34,456 nt of DNA from Pseudomonadota bacterium (GTDB lineage Bacteria > Myxococcota_A > Polyangia > Haliangiales > SHYZ01), in assembly GCA_043801535.1 (NCBI GenBank), contig JAZDLZ010000765.1, positions 1 through 34,456 on the forward strand, in the 5' to 3' direction. Of this stretch, positions 23,175 to 31,926 are shown in pieces (the stretch's first letter is position 1; each line of letters opens with the position of its first letter). The translations under genes were made by a program, and so were the position numbers. The notes under the pieces are model-generated. The model was not told the DNA's origin. It ran no database searches and saw only the letters and a list, made by a program, of their open reading frames with translations.

Positions 23175-23183
23175 GAGACGACC

Positions 23184-23594
23184 ATGCCGCAAACTGTAGC
23201 TACCTTTGACCCGGAAAAAATGCAGATCGTCATCGGCACCGTGCCGATGTCAGGGTTTGCGTCTGGAACTTTCGTCACCGTCGAGCAAGACGGGAATTCC
23301 TTCAACACCAAAGTCGGTGCCGACGGAGACGTGGCGCGAGCCAAGATCGTGGGACGGCCGGGCACCATGAAACTCACGCTCATGGCAACGTCGATCTCGA
23401 ACGCAATTCTTACCGCATTGCATGCCGCGGAGGGCGTGTTCCCGATATCGATCAAGGATGGGAGCAACACAGTCTTTGCCGCGGAGGCGTGGATCGAGAA
23501 GCCGGCATCCTTCGAGCGTGGCGATGAAATCGCCGATACCGAGTGGACTTTCAAGCTGGCCAAGGTTACGCTCGTCCTCGACGGAAACCCGTAG
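23184..23594 (+). CDS. Tail tube protein (DUF3277-like)
   Basis: TFDPEKMQIVIGTVPMSGFASGTFVTVEQDGNSFNTKVGADGDVARAKIVGRPGTMKLTLMATSISN matches the DUF3277 pattern. 136 aa. Confidence 0.7.
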   Translation: MPQTVATFDPEKMQIVIGTVPMSGFASGTFVTVEQDGNSFNTKVGADGDVARAKIVGRPGTMKLTLMATSISNAILTALHAAEGVFPISIKDGSNTVFAAEAWIEKPASFERGDEIADTEWTFKLAKVTLVLDGNP

Positions 23595-23607
23595 CGGAAG
23601 GTAGCTG

Positions 23608-24108
23608 ATGGCAATCGAGACGCGAGAACGTGATATCGACGGGCATCATTGGTCGGTGACCATGCTGCCCGCCTCGAGGGGCATGGAGATTGCGCGGAAG
23701 CTGCTTCGGCTGGCGGGTCCTGCCCTTGGTAAAGCGATGACTGCGATTGGAGGTAGCTCGGCGTCCAGCGGCGGTGGCTCCCTGCTGGACGCTGAGCTGC
23801 CGGTCTTAGGCGATGCCGTCGCTGCGCTGGCGGCAGGACTCGGCGAGCCAGAGTCAACAGCGCTCATCAAGGAGCTGGCGACCACCGGGGTGTTCTGCGA
23901 TGGCGTCGAAGTCAAGCCGGTCCAGTTCGAGGTGCTGTTTGCCGGCCAGTACGCTACCTTGATCAAGCTCGTCGGATTCGTGTTGGAGACGAACTTTTCC
24001 CTCCCTTTCGACTCCTGGGCCAACGCCGCCAAGGGACTCGCCGTGAGAGTGGCTCAGTCACCCTCACTGCGACCAAAGCCCTCGGTGAAGTCTGTGGTCG
24101 ACGACTAG
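23608..24108 (+). CDS. Tail assembly chaperone
   Basis: The call rests on position between tube and tape measure, and on size (166 aa). No strong motif. Confidence 0.5.
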   Translation: MAIETRERDIDGHHWSVTMLPASRGMEIARKLLRLAGPALGKAMTAIGGSSASSGGGSLLDAELPVLGDAVAALAAGLGEPESTALIKELATTGVFCDGVEVKPVQFEVLFAGQYATLIKLVGFVLETNFSLPFDSWANAAKGLAVRVAQSPSLRPKPSVKSVVDD

Positions 24109-24134
24109 AAGAACGCTCCGACATCTGGAGACCT

Positions 24135-24269
24135 GTGCTCGCCGGTCTGGCCTCTGGCCTGGCCGAGGTCGAGATGCAGTGGAGTGTGCTCGATCTCGTC
24201 GAGGCCAATCTATTACTGGACTACCAGGATGCCATGCGGGAGAAGGCCGATCGGGAGAGGAGTCACTGA
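24135..24269 (+). CDS. Small ORF or frameshift extension of the tail chaperone
   Basis: The frame -1 relative to the chaperone has about 75% GC3 over 24111-24266 (hand count) and ends at TGA 24267-24269. GTG 24135 is preceded by GGAG (24127-24130). There is no ATG start giving more than 32 aa. Confidence 0.4.
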   Translation: MLAGLASGLAEVEMQWSVLDLVEANLLLDYQDAMREKADRERSH

Positions 24270-24290
24270 CATGATGGTAGGATCGTAATC

Positions 24291-25823
24291 ATGGCGACCG
24301 TGCGTGAGCTGCTCACCAAGTGGGGGTTCGAGATCGACGAAAAACCACTCGGAAAGCTCGAAAAGTCGATCGAAACCGTGAAAACGGGGCTCAAAGTGGC
24401 CACCGTTGCGGTGATTGGCGCTACTACTGCGTTGTTGGGGTTGGCCAGGTCGACCATGAATGCGGCAAGGGATGCCGACGACCTGGCGCAATCGTTGGGC
24501 GTAGACGCGCAGTGGCTGCAAGAACTCGTCGCGGTGGCCAGTCTCGGTGGAGCCTCCGTCGAGGATGTCGGGACCTCGATTCGGATCCTTCAACGCAATC
24601 TCGACGCTGCTTCCCGGGGGAATGTCCAGGCCAGCCAGACGTTTTCCCAACTCGGGGTATCCATCAGAGATGCCAGCGGCGAAATGATGCCGGCAGAGCT
24701 GGTGCTGGCCGGCATCGCCGAGCGGTTCAAGGCCTTGCCTCCTGGCACGCGGCGAACGGCCGCGGCAATGGAATTATTCGGGCGTTCTGGCGCCAAGATG
24801 ATTCCGACGCTCAAAGATGGCGCGCAAGCAATGGCAGCACTGGGCGATCAGGTGCGTGATGCGGGTGCGGTATTTTCGGATGAGACGGCTGAAGACGCGG
24901 CCAAAATGGAGTTTCAACTCAAGCTCGTCGAGCTCCAAGTGACGGGCCTACGCAACAAACTGGGCACTCGGCTCATTCCAGTGGTGACACAGGTCGTCGA
25001 CAAGATTGCGAAATGGATTGATGCCAACAAGGCAATCATTGAGCAACGATTGGATCAATTCGTCGCAACTCTCACGTCAATCGTAACTGCTGCCTGGGAG
25101 GCCTTCGTCAAGCTAGCTGCGGCGGTGCAGACCACGTGGGAATGGTTGCGTGAACATCCGACTGTCTTGGCGTTGGTCATCAGCGGGCTAGAGCTACTGG
25201 TCGCTGCACTCGCCGTCGGCAAATTGTTGCAGTTCGTCGGAGCCATCAAGGAAATGATTTTGGTGCTCAAGTCGCTCTGGGTAGTGATGATGGCCAATCC
25301 TATCGCTGCATTAATGGTCATCATTGGCACTCTCATCGCATATACCATTGCCAATTGGGATGAAATCAAGAGTGCCTGGGGTGATGTCTGGTTTGCGATG
25401 ACGCAAGCGGCCGAATGGGCCGCGGGTAAATTTAAGGCCGCGTGGAAGGCTGTTTCCGATTGGTTCACGAGCAATATCGTCGGACCGATCAAGGAAACTT
25501 GGTCGAACATCAAGGAAATCGCCGACTACATCGGCATTGGCGGCGGCGGCGGCGGGGGTAGTCATTCCCCCGGTCGACCGGGCACGCAAGAGTCTGGCAT
25601 CAGGCCGGACGCCTTGTCGACGGGCCTGCTCTACAACGCTCCGCTGGCTGCTGCCATGGGGTATGGTGGTGGTGGGGCAGGCGCCACGCTGTCCATTGGC
25701 GCCATCAACGTGTCCGTGGCTAGCACATCGTCGACGGCTAGAGACATCGGCGATGAGGTTAGAACCGTCGTGCGTAGTGAGCTCAACCGAATGACGCGCA
25801 TGGCAGCGTTGGACGTGAGATAG
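24291..25823 (+). CDS. Tail tape measure protein
   Basis: LGVDAQWLQELVAVASLGGASVEDVGTSIRILQRNL...MELFGRSGAKMIPTLKDG is the TP901-type tape-measure core. A hydrophobic central segment and a Gly-rich C-terminal region are present. Confidence 0.85.
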   Translation: MATVRELLTKWGFEIDEKPLGKLEKSIETVKTGLKVATVAVIGATTALLGLARSTMNAARDADDLAQSLGVDAQWLQELVAVASLGGASVEDVGTSIRILQRNLDAASRGNVQASQTFSQLGVSIRDASGEMMPAELVLAGIAERFKALPPGTRRTAAAMELFGRSGAKMIPTLKDGAQAMAALGDQVRDAGAVFSDETAEDAAKMEFQLKLVELQVTGLRNKLGTRLIPVVTQVVDKIAKWIDANKAIIEQRLDQFVATLTSIVTAAWEAFVKLAAAVQTTWEWLREHPTVLALVISGLELLVAALAVGKLLQFVGAIKEMILVLKSLWVVMMANPIAALMVIIGTLIAYTIANWDEIKSAWGDVWFAMTQAAEWAAGKFKAAWKAVSDWFTSNIVGPIKETWSNIKEIADYIGIGGGGGGGSHSPGRPGTQESGIRPDALSTGLLYNAPLAAAMGYGGGGAGATLSIGAINVSVASTSSTARDIGDEVRTVVRSELNRMTRMAALDVR

Positions 25824-25825
25824 CC

Positions 25826-26497
25826 ATGGCGGCAGAGCCTGTGCAGGAGATCCAGTTTTTCGCCGGTCAGAGTCCGACCAAGATCGAAAGTCTGAGCAGG
25901 TCGATTCAGTTTGACGCCGTGGTGAGTCGTACTCATTCATTCATCTCGACGATTGCCGATTCTCCAATCGAGGATGGAACGTCGGTCACCGATCATGTCA
26001 TCAAGTCTCCTCGTGCTCTCACGATTGAAGGTCTTGTCTCGGATCATCCCGTCGACAAGGCGACCAGGGAGAATGCCGCTGTCGCGGCCCAGAAACGCAG
26101 CCAGACCGCCGCAGCTATCCTCGAGGAGCTCTGGTCTACCGCTGCCACCCTGCGCGTGATCACCAGGCTGCGAATCTACAATGACATGGTCATCGAGCGC
26201 CTCGAGTGGCAGGAGACGCAGGATTCTGGGCAAACGCTCACCTTCCGCATGGATCTACGCGAGATCAAGAAGGTATCCGCGTCAATTGTCGACGTCGAGG
26301 TCATCGCTACCGTGCAGGCCGACCTCGCAGCGGGTCCGACGCAGCGTGGGAAGCGGGCGCTCAAGAAGGTGCGCGAGCAGAAAATGATTGATTCGCTGTC
26401 GGATGCCGCCAAGCAATCGGGAAATTACGAGGATCACGTCGCATTGCAGTCGATAGCTCCAGAGCCGCAGATGTCCGTAGCACCATGGGGGTACTAG
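25826..26497 (+). CDS. Tail-tip / baseplate-proximal protein (Dit-like)
   Basis: It lies directly after the tape measure gene. The motif is IADSPIEDGTSVTDHVIKSPRALTIEGLVSDHPV. Confidence 0.4.
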   Translation: MAAEPVQEIQFFAGQSPTKIESLSRSIQFDAVVSRTHSFISTIADSPIEDGTSVTDHVIKSPRALTIEGLVSDHPVDKATRENAAVAAQKRSQTAAAILEELWSTAATLRVITRLRIYNDMVIERLEWQETQDSGQTLTFRMDLREIKKVSASIVDVEVIATVQADLAAGPTQRGKRALKKVREQKMIDSLSDAAKQSGNYEDHVALQSIAPEPQMSVAPWGY

Positions 26498-26498
26498 C

Positions 26499-26828
26499 AT
26501 GTTGATCGTTCCCACGACTGATGAGGTGCCAGATTACATGCAGACCGTGGTTCTCGACGGAACGACGTACACCATGCGGCTGCTTTGGAACGGTCGAGAT
26601 TCGAGCTGGTATCTAACGCTCTACAATGCCTCTGGCGAGGTGCTCTTGCATGGCGTCAAGATTCGCATCGAGTTGGACTTGTGCGATCAGTACGTGAGCC
26701 GCGACCTTCCGACGGGAAGGCTGATCGTTTCTGATCCGGAACAGCTACGAGCAGAGCCATCGCGTGACACGCTGCAAGATGATCGGTTGCCTCTCATCCA
26801 CGTAACCGATGAGGATCTCGGACGGTGA
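26499..26828 (+). CDS. Small baseplate (plug-like) protein
   Basis: QTVVLDGTTYTMRLLWNGRDSSWYLTLYNASGEVLLHGVKI resembles small baseplate proteins of sheath/tube DUF3383/DUF3277 phages. This is recalled from memory, not verified. Confidence 0.4.
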   Translation: MLIVPTTDEVPDYMQTVVLDGTTYTMRLLWNGRDSSWYLTLYNASGEVLLHGVKIRIELDLCDQYVSRDLPTGRLIVSDPEQLRAEPSRDTLQDDRLPLIHVTDEDLGR

Positions 26829-27745
26829 CGCAGCTCTTTGGACGTGCAGCGTTGCTCGAGGTGGGCCCATCCAATGCCAGCGGGTTGCAGGTCGACAGTC
26901 GCAATGACGAGGGATTCCGCATTGGTTTTGACGTCGTAAAGACGATCCAATCGGAGACCAACAAAGCCACGGTGCAGGTCTACAATCTTTCTCCGAGCAG
27001 TCGGTTGCGCATCGCCAAGGGGCACACTCTCATGCTGCTTGCTGGCTACGCAGAGACAATGGAGCTCATCTACGAGGGCGAGGTTGCTGCTGTAGAAACG
27101 GCACGACAGGGAGCCAATTACGTCACGACGATTGAATGCGGCGATGGGACAGAGGCTTTCGACTCACAGGATTACAAGCACACCTTTCCGTCGGGGACTC
27201 CGGTGCGAACGGTGATTCTCAAGGTGGCTGAACAATTCAAATCGGCGATGCCTGATGACACGACCGCTCCTGTGCTGTTTGGCAACCGACCGAAGCCGAC
27301 GAAGGCCTCCAGGCTTTCACTCCGCAACCTCAAGCGTGACCTCGACGTCCTCGAAACTACGCTCAAGGAACAGGGATTCTCGACGGTGTTGCGTAGGCAG
27401 ATGTCCGTGGCGGGCAACGCCAAGGATGTCATGAATTCACTGGCGAGCATGTATCGTTTTGACTGGTCGGTGCAGGATGGCACGTTCCAGATAGTCGCCT
27501 ACGGACAGGCGATCGTCGGAGAGGCGACGTACCTCACCGAGGATACTGGTCTTATTGGAATTCCCAGCCTCACCGAAAAAGGCTGCAAGCTGACCGCTCT
27601 CATCCAGCCCAAGATTCGCCCGGGCGCCTTGATCACCGTCGAATCGGCAGCGGTCGAAGGGTTGTTTCGGGTGGAGTATGCTCATTTCACCGGTGATACT
27701 CACGGCGGTCAGTGGCTCGTCGAGGTGGAGGCAAGCGCGCTATGA
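26825..27745 (+). CDS. Baseplate hub protein
   Basis: GLQVDSRNDEGFRIGFDVVKTIQSETNKATVQVYNLSPSSR is a typical hub N-terminal pattern. Position fits. Confidence 0.5.
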   Translation: MTQLFGRAALLEVGPSNASGLQVDSRNDEGFRIGFDVVKTIQSETNKATVQVYNLSPSSRLRIAKGHTLMLLAGYAETMELIYEGEVAAVETARQGANYVTTIECGDGTEAFDSQDYKHTFPSGTPVRTVILKVAEQFKSAMPDDTTAPVLFGNRPKPTKASRLSLRNLKRDLDVLETTLKEQGFSTVLRRQMSVAGNAKDVMNSLASMYRFDWSVQDGTFQIVAYGQAIVGEATYLTEDTGLIGIPSLTEKGCKLTALIQPKIRPGALITVESAAVEGLFRVEYAHFTGDTHGGQWLVEVEASAL

Positions 27746-28428
27746 GCAACACCACCAGCACGCAGCCGTCGCTGTCGACCCTGCTCGTCACTGCTGGCGA
27801 TCGAGCGACCGAGCGTCTGCGTGTCGCCATTCCTGCCGTCGTGATTTCGTTTGACGCTGACACGATGACATGTGCCGCTCAGCCACTCATCGCTCACCCC
27901 AGGAAAGAGGGCGGCAGCAGGTCGGATGCTCCAGTGGGTGATGTACCCGTGCTCTACCCGGGCACCATGCGCTCGCAGGTGCGCTTCCCGCTGGCCAAGG
28001 GAGACCAGGTACTCCTGGTGTTCCTCGACCGGGCGAGCGATGACTGGGCACTTGCCCTGCTCACATCTGAGGTTTCAAGCCCGAAGGAAAAGCGGCCGGC
28101 GGAACGACGATTCCATGATCTGACCGACTGCATCGCTATCCCATTCTGCACCGCAGTTCCCGCCAATCGAGCAGTAGCCATTGATCGTCTGGTGGTGCGG
28201 CATGGGGACGTGACTCTGGCGCTCACGGATGCCGGAGAAGCGTTGGTGCATGATGGCGTCGACGGCGAGGCAGTGGCGCTTGCCACCAAGGCAGACGTTC
28301 AAGCGTTGGTCACTTGGGCGAAAACGCATACTCACTCAGGAGTCACGACGGGACCTGGAGCGAGTGGTGTCCCTGTGGCACCATTGCCGGGAAATCCAGA
28401 CGGGACCTCGGTGCTGAAAGGCAAATGA
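27742..28428 (+). CDS. Baseplate central spike (gpV / Gp138-N-like)
   Basis: RVAIPAVVISFDADTMTCAAQPLI...DVPVLYPGT...PLAKGDQVLLVFLDRASDDW matches the OB-fold spike pattern. ATGA overlap at 27742-27745. Confidence 0.6.
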   Translation: MSNTTSTQPSLSTLLVTAGDRATERLRVAIPAVVISFDADTMTCAAQPLIAHPRKEGGSRSDAPVGDVPVLYPGTMRSQVRFPLAKGDQVLLVFLDRASDDWALALLTSEVSSPKEKRPAERRFHDLTDCIAIPFCTAVPANRAVAIDRLVVRHGDVTLALTDAGEALVHDGVDGEAVALATKADVQALVTWAKTHTHSGVTTGPGASGVPVAPLPGNPDGTSVLKGK

Positions 28429-28429
28429 C

Positions 28430-28798
28430 ATGGCGACCGTGCGTGATTTGAAGCTCGACGAAACGACCGGCGACATCGCCATCGAGGACGGCGACATCGT
28501 GCTCATCGAGGATCTGGACGTAGTAGCGCAGCACATCAGAATCCGGCTGCGCACCATCCTGGGAGAGTGGTATCTGGACACGAGCAAAGGTGTCGATTGG
28601 TTCGGCGTTGTGTTCAGCAAGGAATTTCCTCGAGGGATGGCAGAGGCGACGCTTCGTAACGCAATTGAGACCGTCGACCATGTCAGAGCCTTGGCCAAAT
28701 TCGAGGCGACTTTCGACGGGACGACCAGGCACTTGTCCATTGAATTCGAGGCCTCGACCGACTTCGGCACTGTCACCATGCTAGTGGAGTCACCATGA
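28430..28798 (+). CDS. Baseplate wedge protein (gpW / gp25 / XkdS-like)
   Basis: TGDIAIEDGDIVLIEDLDVVAQHIRIRLRTILGEWYLDTSKGVDW is the conserved pattern of this family. Confidence 0.65.
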   Translation: MATVRDLKLDETTGDIAIEDGDIVLIEDLDVVAQHIRIRLRTILGEWYLDTSKGVDWFGVVFSKEFPRGMAEATLRNAIETVDHVRALAKFEATFDGTTRHLSIEFEASTDFGTVTMLVESP

Positions 28799-30456
28799 GC
28801 GGACTGCTGAGCACTGGATTCGAGATCAAACGTCTCCAAGAAATCCTCGAGGAGTTGCAAGCCAACGTCCATGCGGAGTTCGGCGCCGAGGCAGTCACTC
28901 ATGCCGAGTCTGGATTCGGTCGGCTGTGCGGCATCCTGGCCGAGCCGTTGGCTGAGCTGTGGGAGCTCGCGCAGGCTGTCCACTCGAGTCAGTACCCCAC
29001 GACTGCTGCGGGCGTATCGCTGGACAATGTGCTCGCCATCAACAATTTGACTAGGCTCGACGAGGAAGAATCCACGGCATGGCAGCTTTTGGTTGGCGAT
29101 CCAGGCACGGTGATTTCTTCCGGCAGCCAAGTCGAGCACGAAAGCACTGGAGCGCGGTTCGAGACGCAGTCGGAAGAGACGCTCGACGCAGACCAGGTGC
29201 TCGGCGCTGTCATCGAGGTGAGTGGCGCTGCCAACGGGCTGGACTTCACCATCACGATCGACGGACATGCGTACCTCGTCACGGCTGGTCCAGGTGATGT
29301 CGACGCTGACGTAGCCACGGATTTGGTGGCAGCCATCGACCCGGAGCTAGCCATCACTGCGGTGTCGGAGGAAGACAAGACTTTCACAGTGGCCGGAGAC
29401 CAGCGCACCTTTTTTGCCATCGGCAAGCGCTGTCGGGTGACCGGCGGCTCCGATCACAACGACGAGTACACGGTCGCTGACCTCGAGTATGCGGGTGGCA
29501 ATACGACGGTGACTGTGAGTCAGAAGATTGGTGCTATCGGGTCACCACCTGATCCGGGCAATCTGCGTGGCTACGTGGTAGCCACTGCGGATGGCGCAGA
29601 AATCACATTGGCCGCCTATCCATTGCCCGATGTCGCGAATGATGCAGACGACTATGCCTTCGCCTATACCGTCGACGCTGAAAGTCCTGGAGATCTGACC
29701 GAGACGGAAATCTCCGTGCCGCACCTGGTCAAGGCTACGGAGACCGGTGTCATCGGCGCAGACCTCGGAACGCTTACCACGATTGCGACGCCAGTCTCTG
29801 GTTGGACGAGCACTACCAACGTCATCGAGGCTGATGTCGGTCGCGTCGAAGAGAGTGATGTCGACGCGAGGCAGAGACGGTGCAAGTCTCTGCTGGTGAA
29901 TCGCTTGACCACCAGGCTGCTGGCAGTAGATGGTGTCGACGGCGTCAAGGTCTACGAGAACGATACGGGGGAGACAGATGATGATGGCAGGCCTGGGCAT
30001 TCCGTCGAATGCGTGGTGACCGGCGGTACTGATACTGATGTCGCCGAGACAATTTATCAAGTCAAGGCGGCTGGCATCCAAACCTACGGCAACAACGTGC
30101 AGTACATCACCGATGACAACGACAAGCTGCATGCGATCTACTTTAGTCGTGTAGTCGAGGTGCCAATCTACGTCGCGGTGACCGTCAATAGTCTCTATGA
30201 CGAGGAGGATTTGCCGACGAGTGCGGCAGATGCGATCAAGCAAGCCGTGGTCGATTATGGGGATACTTACGTTGGCGGAATGGACGTCATCAACCAGCGG
30301 ATTTCCGGGGCGATCATGACTGCCGTGGCAGGCCTCGAATCGCTCACGGTCAACATCGGGACATCCTATCCGGCAGTAGCCACGACCACGATTTCGATCG
30401 ACTCCGACGAAATCGCCACCTTCGCCATTGTCCGTATCACGGTGACAGGAGTCTGA
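28795..30456 (+). CDS. Baseplate J-like protein with an inserted repeat module
   Basis: The N-terminus (FEIKRLQEILEELQANVHAEFG...SLDNVLAINNLTR) and C-terminus are of Baseplate_J type. An insertion of about 110 aa (aa ~136-245) is shared with the sheath. Confidence 0.7.
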   Translation: MSGLLSTGFEIKRLQEILEELQANVHAEFGAEAVTHAESGFGRLCGILAEPLAELWELAQAVHSSQYPTTAAGVSLDNVLAINNLTRLDEEESTAWQLLVGDPGTVISSGSQVEHESTGARFETQSEETLDADQVLGAVIEVSGAANGLDFTITIDGHAYLVTAGPGDVDADVATDLVAAIDPELAITAVSEEDKTFTVAGDQRTFFAIGKRCRVTGGSDHNDEYTVADLEYAGGNTTVTVSQKIGAIGSPPDPGNLRGYVVATADGAEITLAAYPLPDVANDADDYAFAYTVDAESPGDLTETEISVPHLVKATETGVIGADLGTLTTIATPVSGWTSTTNVIEADVGRVEESDVDARQRRCKSLLVNRLTTRLLAVDGVDGVKVYENDTGETDDDGRPGHSVECVVTGGTDTDVAETIYQVKAAGIQTYGNNVQYITDDNDKLHAIYFSRVVEVPIYVAVTVNSLYDEEDLPTSAADAIKQAVVDYGDTYVGGMDVINQRISGAIMTAVAGLESLTVNIGTSYPAVATTTISIDSDEIATFAIVRITVTGV

Positions 30457-30459
30457 GCT

Positions 30460-31917
30460 ATGGCCGACGACATCACTCCGATACGAGAGCACGCAGAGCG
30501 AGCGCTGGAGCTCTTGCCCAGCCAGCATGCCCAGGTGAATTGGGGCAAGCTCATCAGGTCGTTGATTGGTGCGCGGGGGATGTGGGCAGACGAAAACGTG
30601 TTCTATCTGTTCCGCATCAATTCGACGGTGCCGAATCTCAAGAGCTTCGTTTGCGCGGACAGCATGCTGGACACGATTTTTGCTCCAGCCGAGGCAACCC
30701 TGGCCAGAATCGGCACGATGACGCTGCCTGCGTTTTCGAGTGCCGATCTAGTCGACAAGTCGATCCAGCTTTGGGAGCTCATTGGCGATCCGGGAGTCAC
30801 CCTTGCGTTGGCTCTCGCCGGAGATGAGATGCGGGCACTCATGGAGTCGCACGCCATCCGTGAGCTGCCGGCAGATGACGGCGAGATGACCAACTCGCAA
30901 CTCGTGGCGCTCGTAGAGTGCGAGCTGGCCGGTGCTCCCAGCGGGGCACAGGAGCTCGAGGGCGAGCTCATCAAGCTACTTGTGCTGCGACGGATCGCTC
31001 TGGCATTCGGTGAACAGCTCGACGAGCTGGGCGATTTGCTGGGACAGACGAGAGATGGTCTGACCGACGAAGAATACCGACCAGTGCTCCGGATGAAAGC
31101 TGGCGTCAATGTCTCACATGGCACCATCCCGGAGGCAATCGCGATAGCCGACCAATGCACCGGGGTGACCTCTGTGCAGCTCCAGGAGTCGTTTCCGGCA
31201 TGCTTCGACGTCTATCTCTACGAAGCGGCAGGGACGGAGACAGAGCGCGCGCTGCTGCGGCAATCGAGGGCAGAGGGTGTGGACATGGCGATCGTCAGCA
31301 TGGAGGGAGACCGACCGCTGGTGTTCGGTCCGGACTCGGGCTGGCATCGGATCGTGAGCGCAAGCGGCAACGATATCATCGTCGAAAACGATGTGACGAG
31401 TTGTTACGCCGTGGGTGACACCGTGCGCGTGGCAGGATCTCGGGATTGTGCGTCGCAAGGTGACTACACGGTATCGGCAGTGGCGCTCGATAGTCCCCCG
31501 GACAACACAATCATCACCGTGACTACCACCGTGGCTGTTGCGCTGCCAGCGATTCTCGAAAACGTCTCTCGTGGCGTGCAGGACCCGGATGGATTCGGTC
31601 TCGGAGAGGCGTTCGTCATCGATAGCAGCGACGGACTCAATGTCATTTACATCGATGGTGACTGTTCCGACGAGTTTGCGGTTGCTCAATGCATCCGCGT
31701 TTCCGACGATGCCACCGATGTCTATCGTATCTACAGCGTGCAGTATTACCCTGAGTTCTATCTCACGGCATTGACTCTGACGCGGAGCATCGTGTCTCCC
31801 GCGGGAAAGCATGTGCAGATTGTGTCTCCCGCGGTAGCAGAGGCAGTCAATCCAGCATTCACCGATGTGACGGATGCACCTGTTGGAGACATGGCCGACG
31901 AATGGGACGATCCATAG
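30460..31917 (+). CDS. Baseplate / fibre-adaptor protein (gpI / DUF2612-like N-terminus plus two copies of the repeat module)
   Basis: LAFGEQLDELGDLLGQTRDGLTDEEYRPVLRMKAGVNVSHGTIPEAI resembles the DUF2612/gpI pattern. It lies between the J-like gene and the fibres. Confidence 0.45.
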   Translation: MADDITPIREHAERALELLPSQHAQVNWGKLIRSLIGARGMWADENVFYLFRINSTVPNLKSFVCADSMLDTIFAPAEATLARIGTMTLPAFSSADLVDKSIQLWELIGDPGVTLALALAGDEMRALMESHAIRELPADDGEMTNSQLVALVECELAGAPSGAQELEGELIKLLVLRRIALAFGEQLDELGDLLGQTRDGLTDEEYRPVLRMKAGVNVSHGTIPEAIAIADQCTGVTSVQLQESFPACFDVYLYEAAGTETERALLRQSRAEGVDMAIVSMEGDRPLVFGPDSGWHRIVSASGNDIIVENDVTSCYAVGDTVRVAGSRDCASQGDYTVSAVALDSPPDNTIITVTTTVAVALPAILENVSRGVQDPDGFGLGEAFVIDSSDGLNVIYIDGDCSDEFAVAQCIRVSDDATDVYRIYSVQYYPEFYLTALTLTRSIVSPAGKHVQIVSPAVAEAVNPAFTDVTDAPVGDMADEWDDP

Positions 31918-31926
31918 AGGGACATC

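Noticed and set aside
25539-25558. A GGC/G-rich run (GGCGGCGGCGGCGGCGGGGG) that could be a simple-sequence contingency repeat.
   Set aside because: It lies in frame within the tape-measure gene and encodes a poly-Gly linker (GIGGGGGGS). There is no evidence of phase-variable function.
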